64,000 bases of DNA from contig NC_086106.1 in the NCBI RefSeq assembly GCF_963921235.1, forward strand, positions 24,676,001-24,740,000, written 5' to 3'. Shown here piece after piece: positions 49,861-63,209 of the stretch. Under the pieces are notes generated by a model. The model worked only from the letters and a program-made list of their open reading frames with translations. It did not search any database and was not told the DNA's origin. Source of the stretch: Mobula hypostoma. Its lineage: Eukaryota. Made by a program: the position numbers and the translations under genes. Position 1 is the stretch's first letter. Each line of letters starts with the position of its first letter.

Positions 49861-52800
49861 ATTTATGCAGAATATTAGTAACTTCCTGAAATTTCTATCA
49901 CGTCAGAACAATTTGCCTCCCATATCTGCAGTATTTGGTTTATCGAATTAGCAGATGCTTCTCACAGTCTTACTCCTCCAGTCCCATTATTACTGAGGTG
50001 GATTTTCAAATTCCCGCACTTACATTAGTTCACCACACGGCGCTGATTTGACCGTTTTAACGGTTGCGCTCATACCGCATTGTGTTACATATCGTCGAAG
50101 CATTATTATTGACTTAACATCTGGTGCGTCCATATGCAATTGATCCACGCAGTAGATACCAGGACGTGTAACGGGATATTCATTTGTCGCATTTCGTTTC
50201 CCTCATTTTACTACTCCGACTGCGATATACGACACAAAGTGGAACCAATGAACTACCGTTTTACGACAACAGCTTAATTTACCAAAGAGATCTCTTTAAA
50301 ATACGAATATGTGAATGTTGCTATTGGTGAGATATGAGTGACGTGTTTGATAGAAGCAACATCGCGATAGATTTATAATGTATACATTATATTTCGGCTT
50401 GGTGCAACAGTTGGTTTTGGAATGAAAGAAATTATTCATAGAGATTAAATAATATGAGCTACCGGTTCGATAGTTTGGCTGTTTCGTTGTCCAACATACC
50501 AATAGGCCGGGATTAAGAAGCAATATGCTAAAGGTGACATATGCTACTTCTCCGACCATCCATGCTCTAATTTAATATCGATATTCTGGAGGCTACCGGC
50601 CACGGATTATACTGCGAGCATATGGGTTGATAATTATTGGTTGAAATCAGGCACCACTACAATAATCACTGCATTTAATAGATAGTGGAGTCTGCGATGG
50701 GGATAAACAACAAAATGATGTGTCCGAATAATTTCCATTGTCAGTACATGGCAGTTGTTCAATACCAGTTCAAAAAAAAAGGAGATCCCATTGTGACAGC
50801 ACAAGGCAGTCATCCAGTAAATATGTGGTCGTAATGTGCATGCATCTTATATTTTGGAACAGCACGTTAGGAAAATATTATAATTGGATACCTAAGGGTA
50901 TTTCAACCATCCATTCCTACTGGATGATAAGAAAACATTTTAATTAGTAAATTTTTATACTCCCTGGTTATTAAACAGCAACAACAACAACACGATTACA
51001 ATGAATGTTTTGGCATTTCTCAGTCCGGTTATATGCTTAAAATAAGGAGATACATGCCAGATACTTATGATGCCACACATTTTATGGTCATTCAAAATCG
51101 CTTACATTCTAGCTGATGATGAACGGCACCCAGAACAGCTCAAGCCGCATAACTCGCCTGCCACTGTTCCCAAAATCCGAGACTTCCGTTTTGATCTCCA
51201 AGGCGTGGGAGTCATTTATCAAAATCTGAGAGAAACGTCCAGCGGGATGCTATAACATCATATCCTGCTGAACCAACACAGGACAAAAGAGGTCGATCTG
51301 GTATTATTTGTTTATTTCTGAGGCCGTACCTCAGAAAATAAGTGCGTAACTACTTCCTGTCAATTAGCCGGGAATTACGCTGACTAATCTCAGCATTCTG
51401 CGAAATAAGATTTGTATTTTCATCCTGACATATATATCTCCGTACATCTATCGATCCTTAACATACATCTGTCTGAGGTTGAACAACTTGATCATTGCAA
51501 ATTATCAACCCAGGTTTATCAGAAAAAGTGCACATCATCAGATACGAGAGATTTATTTGTCATCAGTTATATTTATAATTGCTTATTTTCAGTTCACATG
51601 ACAATTTTTAAAGAGAGAACCGTTGTGAACACCCAACAGTCGTGGAAGCTTCTGCGAAAATCGAAGAATAAGCAGTCACAGTGAGAGAATTAGTAATGCA
51701 TTGCTGCTATCTTGTGGAATATATTCTCTTCATTTCTGGCGATGTTACATGAAACGCAGGACCTCCTTCACGTCTCAACAGCGTATGTGGCAAACTCCGG
51801 TTGCCTGTTCGGATAATCGCGGAGACAAACTAAATTAAAGGAACTACAGCTACAGTGATGATATGTCATTTTTGTCCATGTAAGCGATTATTTTTGCAGT
51901 GTTAATGATTAGTTATTGCTCAGTCCGGTTATATGGCTAAAGTTAGAAAAGAAAACCATTCCGATGTGTCACCGGATTGATTCAGCAGAATTCATCATAA
52001 TGCATCAACAGCACAACTTACATGTCCCAAACAATAAACCATTTGTCATTTTCCAAAAAAAAATGTTGAACCAAATCCCTTATGCGTCAGTTTATTCACT
52101 TCAAATGCACAGTATGAGACCGGCTTTCAAACAAATCATGATTTCAAATTCAGTCGAAAAAGCTGTTGAATCAGAATATGATGATATGTGACATGCTATA
52201 ACACAAGGCGAGGTGCACTATACTTACCAATGCCATAATTTCGAGAACGCCAGAGTTTGAACACATTATTTGTTTAGAAGTTTCCTCATGGTCATACAAT
52301 CTAGGATTGGCTGCAATAGGATTGTTTTGCATTTTTCCACTCTGCCTGTCTTAATGGGGATTTTGCTTACACTTGATGCCACAACATTTTATGGTAATTA
52401 AAAATCGCTTATATTCTTGCCCATGATGTGCGACACATACAACAGCCACTCTTAACAAAATGTGTGATTTCCGTTTTTATCTTAGTGACTTGTGAGTATT
52501 TAATCAAAACATGTTTAGTGCGTCAATTGGGTTGGTACAGCATCATATCCTGCTCAACCATCACAAGAATCAAAATATCGTTCTCGTTTCATTTGTTTGT
52601 TTCTGAGCCTGATCCCGAGAAAATAGGTACGTGGCAAATTCCTATAAATTAGGCAAGGAATTCACTGATTAATCTCAGCATTCTTGAAAAGGAAATATTG
52701 TTTTATATCCGGACATATATAGGTACGTATACCTTCCGGTCATTTATATCCATTAGTTTGTTGTTGAACAGCTAAATTATCGGGTGTTTTTAGTCCAGGT

Positions 52801-53652
52801 TCATGATAGAAAAGCAGTACATCAAATGCGAGAGTGTACTTTGTCAGCAGTTGGGGAGATAAATTGCTTATTTTCCGATCACATGACAATTGTTAAAAGT
52901 ACGGAGATGTCTGCAACACACAGCTAGCGTGGAAGCTTCTGTGAAAATCAAAGAATAAACAGTTCTCGTGAGCGGAATGACTTGTGCGATGCTGCCATCT
53001 GCTGGGATTTCTCTTGTTTGCTCCTGGCTAATGTTACATGAAACTCAGTCATCCTTCACTTCTTAACACCCTATACACAAACAATTACCACTTCCATGAA
53101 CCGGATTAGTTGGTAAATTATTCAGAGATAAGCTACTTTCCTAGGCAGCATGTCAACACGTTTAAATATTGCGCAGCATGCTGCATGCTCATTTCTGCTT
53201 TTCAGATCAATTTTGGTGTCTCTACAATTTGGAGGAAATCCATATCAGAGTAGAACAACGACCGATATTTATCTTTTTTTCGGCACCAACGCTTCTTTAC
53301 GCTCCCATTTACTCTGCCCGCACCCTCTGCTCCGATGAGCGAGCAGAATTTGTTGACAGTCTTCTCAACGTGAATTGACGGCTGTGCCGCGTTACTACAA
53401 CTTTGGCTGGCCCTGCGCTGTTAATATTCACTCATAAATTATTTGACGCCTCTGTTCTGTACTTCTACGATCGCCTCGGCACAATTTCATTTCCTGCACT
53501 GTTTCTGAACGCCTTTTTTTTTTCTATAACATGTTCCGAGAATTAACACTGAGCGTTGCCTGTTGTGATTGGTCGGTTTGGACAAGGAAAATGTATTTCT
53601 TCTCAGGCAATGAGTCTGTACCATGTGGCACGAAAGGACAGACTCAAATAGA

Positions 53653-53745
53653 ATGATTATAAAGAACTATCTCACGCAGGTAATTTTTATTCTGTATCTT
53701 CCAGGTAAGATGTTCCAAAACACGCTACTCCTCTGTAAGCGCGTT

Positions 53746-53787
<42 letters not shown>

Positions 53788-54143
53788 GTAACTATGTTGT
53801 TTGAAGTAAAGCTTATTATCTATTATTTATTTTACTGTTAGACCGGAACCTTCGAGACTTAGTGGAGCAGTCAGTGGATGCAATGATGTTCGAAGAAGAA
53901 AGTATATTACTCTGAACTGTACTTTGCAAACAAGCATTGTAATGCTGAACATTTTCTGGTACAGGCACCGCACCGGACAACGACCACAATACTTGAATCG
54001 GATTCTCGCGGGGACAGAATACCCAAATGAAGATATAACCAAACAATTATTAGCTTCCGATGATAAATGTAAACATAATAGCGAACTATCGATTAACAAC
54101 GCCATCATCATTGACTCAGCCACGTACCCCTGTGCGATGAGCA
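53653..54143 (+). pseudogene. V segment V5 (leader 53653-53704, V exon 53842-54143), frameshifted
   Basis: 1-nt deletion in FR1 (AGT A-T ATT) gives TGA before the first Cys; ends DSATYPCAMS. Confidence 0.9.
53749..53782 (+). repeat. (TA)17 microsatellite in the V5 intron
   Basis: Direct count. Confidence 0.95.
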
Positions 54144-54182
54144 CACGGTGCTGAATAAACTCAATTATCTCGAACAAAAATC
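54144..54182 (+). other. 23-RSS of V5
   Basis: CACGGTG, 23 nt, ACAAAAATC. Confidence 0.9.
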
Positions 54183-57100
54183 CTCTTTCACAATTTCCTC
54201 GAGAGCTCGATGGAGGGCCACCAAATCAAGGTGAACGTACATGCTAAAGGAAACTGAATCCAATGTTTTCATACAATGCCGTAGTCAGTTACTTTTACCA
54301 GTAACGCATCCCCGCAGCTGCTGACGTGGAAGATTTTGATCATCGATGACTATAACTGTGAACAAAAAACAGTTCATTGTCAGTGATTACTCTCTGTTAT
54401 TTAATTTTTCTGAATATTCACCATTCACATCTGCAAACGTAAAAAAAACATCTGTACGGATGCATTAATCATTTTGAGGGTTGCCTTGAAATAGAAAAGG
54501 ACCAAACTTTGGCACATAAACCGCACATATCCCAATCAACAATATACTTTAAAATGCAGAAGAATCCATCGTTTAGGGAATCGCTCAGAAGAAATCATAT
54601 GGCTTTTTATTTCTATCAAAGGTTTGATTGAGTTTGCAGGATTGTTGAGCTGAATATCGTTGATTTTTATTACCTCATGAGATTCCTACCTTTCAGCCCC
54701 AGCGTCAGATTGTTTCCAATATAAATAAACACAGTGTATTTGAATTTTCTTTTTTTTTTATTTCAAATGTTATAACTAGTGGAGATTCCGTGTCATGACC
54801 ATTGTGTTTACCGACAGTTTTAAATTGGCGGTCATTCAAATAAGATAAAGGTCGCAATATATTTGGATTGACCATATCTCCAAGTCAAGGCATTGTACAG
54901 TTGGCAATATGAATGGCGTTGAAACAATGCGTCTTGACTGAGTGGAGCATTGTAATTGTGTTCGCAACACTGACCGCAAGAGTCTCAAAACCAATTAACA
55001 TTCAAGGTTTAGATTGCGGTACGGCTAACAAGATTATTGAATGAAATCACAGCTCTTATAAACTGAAATCGCTCCACTGCATATGGACGATCATTGTCTT
55101 TAATATCTCACTTGAAAGTAAAGTGCATATTCACATTTCATGACATGTCATCTGTTCTGTCCTAAAATCGTTCCATCTGTGTATTGTTGTTCAATTGGCG
55201 ATCTTACCCTCTGATGAGAAGACACTGTACTGGATTTTCGATGAATTCCGTAATTCATCTTCGTCCAGAAGATGGTGCTATTCCTGTACTCTCAATTTGT
55301 CTAAATTTCGTGATATGATTAATAAATTACATTTAACCTGAATCAAGTATATTCTGCTGGAAAGCTGTATTTTGGGCATGGGGAATATAAACCACTCTGC
55401 AACATAAAGGTCTTCATTCCAATGCTGAAATTAAAGATTAAAGACTGAGCTTTTCCTCATTGTTCAAAATTTAAAAAAAAACTTGATTATTTGTGCAGAA
55501 TGTTAATAACTTTCTTAAATTTCTATCACGTCAGTTCAATTTGCATTCCATGTCTGCAGTGTTTGACTCAGCGAATTAGCAGATGCTTCTCACCGTCTTC
55601 CTTCTCCTCCAGTCCTGTCATTACTGAGATCAATTTTCAAATTATCGCCTTTATATAAGTTCACTATACGGTGCGGGTCTGACCGTTGCAACGGTTGTGC
55701 TCACACTGCACTTGTGTTACATCTCGTCGAAGTGTTGTTATTGACTTAATATTTAGTGTCTATATGCAATTAATCCACGCAGTAAGGCACGGGAAGGTGT
55801 AAAGGGACATGCATTTTTTTTGTTTGTTTGTTTTCATTTCACTTCCCTCAGCGTATTACTCCTACTGTAAAATAAGGCATAAAGTGTAACCGCATGAACT
55901 GCAGCTTTACTAAGTGCAATATATATTCTGTTCAAGTCGACAACAGTTTAATTTACTGAAGAGATCGCGACTACCCTTGAAGTACGATTATGTGAATGTT
56001 ACTATTACTGAGATAACAGTGACGTAACAAATTGAAGCAATAATGCCCATCGAATTATAACGTATATATATTGTAGATTTCGACTCGGTGCAACAGTCGG
56101 TCGTTGAAATGACAGAAAATATTCAGAGAGATTACATAATATGAGCTACCGGTTCCATAGTTTGGCTGCTATGTGATACAAAATACCAATAGACCGGTAT
56201 TAAGAAGTAATGTGCTAAAGATGGCATCTGCTACTTCTCCGAGCATCCATGCTCTTATTCAATGTAGACTTCAGGAGGCTACTGGGGTATGGATTATTCT
56301 CTGAACATATGGGTTTATAATTATTGAGTGAAATCAGACACTACGACAATAACCACTGCATTGAATAGGTGGTGGAGTCTACGGTGGTTTAACCAACAGA
56401 ATGAAACATCCGAATAATTTCCATTGTCAATTGCTGGCGGTTACTCAGTACCAGTTCAAATACGGACAGCCCATTGTGACACCATAAGGCAATTTTCAGA
56501 AATGGCTGATTTTCTTCATCGCGTGATGTTTTTGTATTTAGCTTCTCCGGTGTTCACAAAGTGTTAGGTGTAAATCCACTAACTACGTGGTGGAAATGTT
56601 CATGCACTTCGTATTTGGAGCAGCAGATAAGGAAAGACATTATCATTTTATCGAAGGCAGCAACTTATATGTCAAAAGCCAGAGGAGTAATTAAAAAAAA
56701 AAGTTCAGAGGCTCTGTTCCCTCGTTAGTGCCCCATGTGATTTTACTGCTGTCGCAGTCAGTTACTACTACTTCTCAACACATGGAATGCATCAGCAAAA
56801 CGACCGACAGTGAATTACGCCGGATGATCCTATCCGCTGGTAGTTGTTCTCCACAGGGTAAACACTGGTTACCTGTTCGGATAATCGCAGAGAATAAACA
56901 AAATAAATGAAAGCCAGAAAAAAAAAATATCACCGCTGCAGGTGGAGCATGATATAATGAGATTCCTCTTTATCCATGTGAACAATTATTTTTTCATGAT
57001 TATTGTTTCGGCATTTCTTAGTCCGGTTATATGTTTGAAAAGAGAACAAAAAAAAAACACTTTAGCTACTTCTGATACCACACATTTTATGATAAGTCAA

Positions 57101-57205
57101 AATCTGCGTATATCTATCGATCCTTAGTAAACATCAGTTTGATGTTGAACAACTTAATCATTGGGAATTTTCAACCCAGGTTTATCAGTGAAACAGCACT
57201 TCATC

Positions 57206-58008
57206 CGTGTAAGCGGAACAAGTGCTACACATGCCCTTACACTTCCTCCCTTACCACCATTCAGGGCCCCAAACAGTCCTTCCAGGTGAGGCATCACTTC
57301 ACCTGTGAGTCGACTGGGGTGATATACTGCGTCCGGTGCTCTCGATGTGGCCTTTTATATATTGGTGAGACCCGACGCAGACTGGGAGACCGCTTTGCTG
57401 AACATCTACGCTCTGTCCGCCAGAGAAAGCAGGATCTCCCAGTGGCCACACATTTTAGTTCCACATCCCATTCCCATTCTGACATGTCTATCCACGGCCT
57501 CCTCTGCTGTAAAGATGAAGCCACACTCAGGTTGGAGGAACAACACCTTATATTCCGTCTGGGTAGCCTCCAACCTGATGGCATGAACATTGACTTCTCT
57601 AACTTCCGCTAAGTCCCCACCTTCCCCTCGTACACCATCTGTTACTCATTTTTATGCACACATTCTTTCTCTCACTCTCCTTTTTCTCCTTCTGTCCCTC
57701 TGAATATACCTCTTGCCCATCCTCTGGGTCACCCCCCCCCCTTGTCTTTCTTCCCGGACCTCCTGTCCCATGATCCTCTCGTATCCCCTTTTGCCTTCTC
57801 ACCTGTCCAGCTCTCGGCTCTATCCCTCCCCCTCCTGTCTTTTCCTATCATTTTATCTCCCCCTCCCCCTCCAGCTTTCAAATCCCTTACTCACTCTTCC
57901 TTCAGTTAGTCCTGACGAAGGGTCTCGGCCTGAAACGTCGACTGCGCCTCTTCCTATAGATGCTGCTTGGCCTGTTGCGTTCACCAGCAACTTTGATGTA
58001 TGTTGCTC
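57206..58008 (+). mobile_element. Penelope copy 4 (5'-truncated: GIY-YIG + 3' UTR), 10-bp TSD
   Basis: GCACTTCATC at 57196-57205 and 58009-58018; empty paralogous sites at ~48757 and ~51528. Confidence 0.92.
57908..57943 (+). ncRNA. Minimal hammerhead ribozyme, intact
   Basis: Identical to 1828-1863. Confidence 0.88.
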
Positions 58009-58749
58009 GCACTTCATCATATGCGACAGATTTGTTTGTCATCAGTTAAAAGATATAAATTGCTTATTTTCAGTTCACATGACAATTTTAAAAGAGAGAA
58101 ACTTTAGGAGCACTGAACAGGCGTGGAAGCTTCTGCGAAAATCGAAGAGTGAGCAATCCCAGTAATTACTTATGCTTTGCTGCCATCTGATGCAATATAC
58201 CTTCATGATCTTTGGCGGTGTTACATGGAACTCAGGAACTCCTTCACGTCTCAATAGCCTATATGGAAAACTTCGGTTTTCAGCTTGGATAATAGCGAAG
58301 ACAACATAAATTAAAGTAAATACAGCTACAGTGATAGTGTCATTTTTATCTATGTGAGCAATTACTTTTGCAGTGTTATTGATTAGGCATTGCCCAGGCC
58401 GGTTATATGGAGAAAAGGAGACAAACATATCATTCCGTGATGTCACTGCATCGAATCAGCAGAATTCATTATAAAGAACGGGACAGGACATCTCATATGT
58501 CCTGCACAACATATTATTGTTCACTTTTTAAGAACCGGTTGAACCCATTCTCTTCTACGTCGGTTTATTCACATCACATGCACGGCATGTGATCGGTATT
58601 GAATCAAAACATGATTCAAAATTCTGGTGAGAAAGCTTTTGAATCAGAATATGATAATATGTGGCATACTGTAACACAAGGCGAAGTTCACTGCACTTGG
58701 CAACACCATGCTTTCGAGAAAGTCAGTTTCTATGTTTTCATTTTCAATA

Positions 58750-61700
58750 TGGTTATTGATTTCTATTTTGAAGAATCCAGAGACCAGGGGAATACATATT
58801 ATAAAACAAAAGAAAAAAAATATTATAATACCAGCTACAGTATATTGAATCACATTAACGAAGTCCTTACTCCACATTCACAAAGATTAGATTAATTCGC
58901 ACATTAGAATATAAACAATTCTATTAAAAAAAAAAGTTCTATACCCACGAATAAAGTTGAAGCTGTTTGGGGAAAAAAAAAAAGAAAAAAAAAACAAACC
59001 TTATCAGATAATAGGATTAGTTGCTATTAGTTGCTATTAATCAACTTCTGTACTTTAACGAGAAGTCAAAGATGATGAAAGTAATTTAAAAACTGCTCCC
59101 ACAAATCTCGAAAATTTTCGTTAGATTCAGAAATTAACAACAAACCTTTTCTAAATTTAGGAATGCCATAACATCCCGCAACCACTGAGCATGATCAGGC
59201 GTAACAGTATCATTCCATGTAAACGAAAGCACCCTCCAAGCCATAAGAGAGATAAAATCCAGAATGTGCAAATTAGAGTCTTCAAAATAACATATTTACT
59301 TCCAGCAATACCAAATAGTGCAGTCTGTCATAAGGGGGCGGGGGGCCGGTGATGCGTTGGGACCGGACCCAAATGCAAGATACAGACACTGAAGTACTAG
59401 GAACAGGACCGGACAATAACAGTAGGACTGGACAGATCGCATACTAGGAGCTGAGACAGGTCGTGGACTAGTAGTTGGGACAGGAACACAGACTATGCTA
59501 GGGAAGCAGGACCAGGACGAGGGAATGGGAACAAGGAGTTTGGGTGTGGTCTCCGTGCCAGAGACCGGACAAGGACCCAAAACATGGGTCTGGACTCGGG
59601 CTCTAACCCCAAAACTAGGCGAGAGCATGACGTGGCTAAGTTCTTGGAGACGAGGCGAGGACGTGACGAGACTTGGGTTCTTTGAGGCTCAAGTTCATGG
59701 AGCCTTGACAAAGACATGACGGGGCAGGGGTACTTCCAGGCAACTCCTGGGCAGGACGTGTGACTATACCCCACCGAGGCAAGGACAGGGAGGTACAGAC
59801 CCAACCTCAGGGTATGGACAAACGGCCTGGTTTACCCGACGGAGGCAAAGGACAGAAAGGGAGATAGGTCCAGGGTCACTCCAGGACTCGAGGCGGCCGG
59901 TAACCTCGGCGGGCTACGGAACAGCCAAATCCATATCTCGATAACTGCGCAAGCCTTCCACCGGTGGGCTGCTCCAAGGGGAAATGGACGAGGCAAGGCG
60001 AGGCAAGGCTGCAGAAAAGGCAAGGCGAGGCAAGGCTTCAGACGGGGCAAGGCAAGGCAAGGCAAGGCAAGACTTCAGAAGAGGCAAGGCTTGAGACGAG
60101 GCAGGGAGAGGCAAGGCTTCAGGCAGTGGCTGCAGGCAAGGCATCAGGAGGAAGGTGAACTGAAGGGATTGTTTGGACAGCAACAATCCAGCACCCAGAG
60201 GCTGATCCTGAATATTTATGAAACCAGCCCAAACGAGAATCAGCTGCCTTAACAAAACCTTCGGAATACCAGAAAACCCGGCATAAGGAGCGTGGACCGG
60301 AAAGTGAACAGGAATGCGGTTTCCCCGTAGTGGACCATGACACAGTCAAAGGATTTGGCTTAAATTTTACTTTAATGAGTACAGGATAATTTTGGAATAC
60401 TTCCTTCCAATATTTTCAAAGACATGGACATGTCCAAAAATATGAATAAATTAAGCTTCTCCATTGTTAAACCTATCATAGTAGTGTGATATATCCATGT
60501 AAAAACGAGATTACTTATCCTTGGCCATATAGGCCTTCTGAATTGTAGGAAGGAATTAGGAGCACATAACGATGAAGTACTAACTAATTTAAAAATATCT
60601 TTACAAGTTTCTTCAGAGATTGAAGTCTGTAAATCTTGTTTCCAAAGATTTTTGATTTTGTCCAAAGAATCATTTCTCATTCCCAATATGATATCACAAA
60701 TATTGGATATTGAAGCATTTTAAAGTGATTTCATATCAAGAATTTCATCTAATACGTCCTTATCAGAACGATTAGGAAATGTATATACAAACGTTTGTAA
60801 TTGAGATCGCAGAAAATCTCTAATTTGCAATTACCGAAGGAAATGGGTCCTTGGTAAACCATATTTAGTTGACAATTGTTCGAATGAAGAAAGTCTTCCT
60901 ACACAAACATATCCCGGAAACATGTAATGCCCGATTCTTCATATTGGGAACCTCAGTAAAACATTTTTTTTTTCTAAATCGTATCCAAATCCTTAAAGTA
61001 TGTTTGACTACCACATTTTCAGTTATTATTCTTAAGGATAAAGGAAGTGAAAATCGCAAAAGAGAGATAATAAAACATTTATTAACCGAGTTAGCTTCTA
61101 AGGAAACCCACCCGGGACAGTCCTCATGATTAACATAGTATAACCGAAACGTGAAATTCCGTATATTAGCTGACCGGTAATAAAACCTAAAATTTGGTAC
61201 AGCTAAACCTCCATTCTTTTTAACTTTCTGGAGATGGAATTTGACCAATTGAGGATGCTTATTTTTCCATATATAGGATGATAAAATAGAGTCCAGATAG
61301 TCAAAAAAAAAAGGATTTCGGAATATAAACGGGTAAAGCCTTAAAAATGTATTTAAATGTAGGTAAAATATTTGTTTTAATAGATTTAAGTTAATTCGAC
61401 CAACCAATGATAACGAAAGGGGCGACCGTTTGATAATGTTCTTGTTATATCATTTAATAAAGAAAACAAACATTAAATAGGTATTTATAATGCTTTGTAA
61501 TTGTTACACCCAAATATGTGAATTGGTTTCTTACAATTTTAAAATGGAGTTTATTATCAGTTAATACCAAATTGCTCAAAGAACGAAGCTCACTCTTGTG
61601 AAGTTTCAGTTTATATCCGGAAAACTGACTAAAACAAGAGAGTAAAGAAAGCACAGAAGGTAACGAAGTTTTGACATTAGAAATATAAAGCAATAAATCA

Positions 61701-62165
61701 TCCGCACAAAATGAAACTTTGTGGATAGTACCGTTCCGTAAAATGCCAGTGATATTGTATCATTAGATTCTCTAAAAGCAGCAGGTAAAGGTTCTAAAAC
61801 CAGGTCGAAGAGCAAAGAACTCAAAGGGCAAACTTTTCTGGTTCCACGTTCAGGTTTAAATGGTTTAGAATTCTCAGAATTGGCAATAATCCGAGCAAAA
61901 GGAGGTAAGTACAGTAACTTAATCCATTGAAAAAAGTTGGAACCAAAATTACTTTTTTTCTTAAAATTTTAAATACATAATGCCATTCAAACAGATCAAA
62001 AGCCCTCTCCGCGTCTAAGGATACCACACATTCCGACATCTCCTTACAAGGAGAATAGATAACATATAATAACCGACGAATATTAAAAAAAAAAGAGATT
62101 ATCTATTTTTTATAAAATCAGTCTGATCGCCAAAAATGATAGATGGTAAGATACTTTCCATCCTG
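58750..62165 (-). mobile_element. Degraded 5'-truncated L1-clade LINE
   Basis: Fragments VSLDAERAFDL, LLFDLVLEPL, MLYISN, GYKLKLHKSE, YIWKNK..GGLAVPNFRFYY. Confidence 0.82.
59326..60342. mobile_element. Solo LTR (1017 bp) inserted in the L1
   Basis: TGTCAT...ATGACA termini; 5-bp TSD CAGTC at 59321-59325 and 60343-60347; internal GGCAA-rich repeats at ~59990-60120. Confidence 0.85.
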
Positions 62166-63209
62166 GGTGCGTAACAATTACATATAAATTAGGCAGGGAA
62201 TTCCCTGATTAATCTCAACATTCTTCAAAAGGAAATGCTGTTTCATATCCGGATATATGTAGGTACGTATACCCTCCGAGCCTTTCTATACATTAGTTTG
62301 ATGTTGAACAACTTGATTTTCGGCAGTTTTCAGTCCATCTTCCCCAGAAAACGGCAGTACATCAAATCTGAGAGAGTAGTTTGTCAGCAGTTAAGGAAAT
62401 AAATTGCTTGTTTTCTGTTTACATGATAATTATTTAAAAAATACAGATACGCTGGGAACGCCCAGCTGGCGTGGAAGATTCTGTGGAAATCAAGAAATAA
62501 ACGGTTCTAGTGAGCGAATTACTTAAGCTTTGCTGCCATCTGCTGGAATTAATTTTCCTTGTTCCTGGCAATGCTACATGAAACTCAGGACGTCTTTATA
62601 TCTTAACAACCAATACGCAAACAATTACCACTGCCATAAACCGAATAATTGGTAAGTTATTAAGAGAAAAGCTGCTTTCTAAGGCAGCATGCGAACACAT
62701 TTAAATATCGTGCTCCATGCTGCTTGCTCATCTTTGCTTTTCAGATCAATTCTGGTGTCTCTACGTTCTGGAGGAAATCCACATTAGAGAAGAATACGGA
62801 CTGATATTGTATAGTTTTCTGAACCAACGCTTGTTAACGCTCCCACTTATTCTGCTCGCTCCCTAGGCTCCGATGAGCAAGTAGAATTTGTTGAGTCTTC
62901 TGCACGTGAATTCCCGGCTGCCCCGCATTCCTTCACCTCTGGCTGACCCTGCACTGTTAATGTTAACTCATAAATTATTTGACGCTTTTGTTCTGTACTT
63001 CTGCGATCGCCTCGGAAATAAATAAATAAATAAATAAAACATTTCCTGCACTGCTTCTGAACGCCTTTTTTTTTCTATTGTGTCTTTCGAGATTTAATAC
63101 AATGCATACCCTGCTGTGATTGGTCGGTATGGCCCAGGAATTTGTATTTCTACTCAGGCAAAGAGTTTCCACTCTGTGGCACAAGAGGATAGACTCAAAC
63201 AGAATGATT

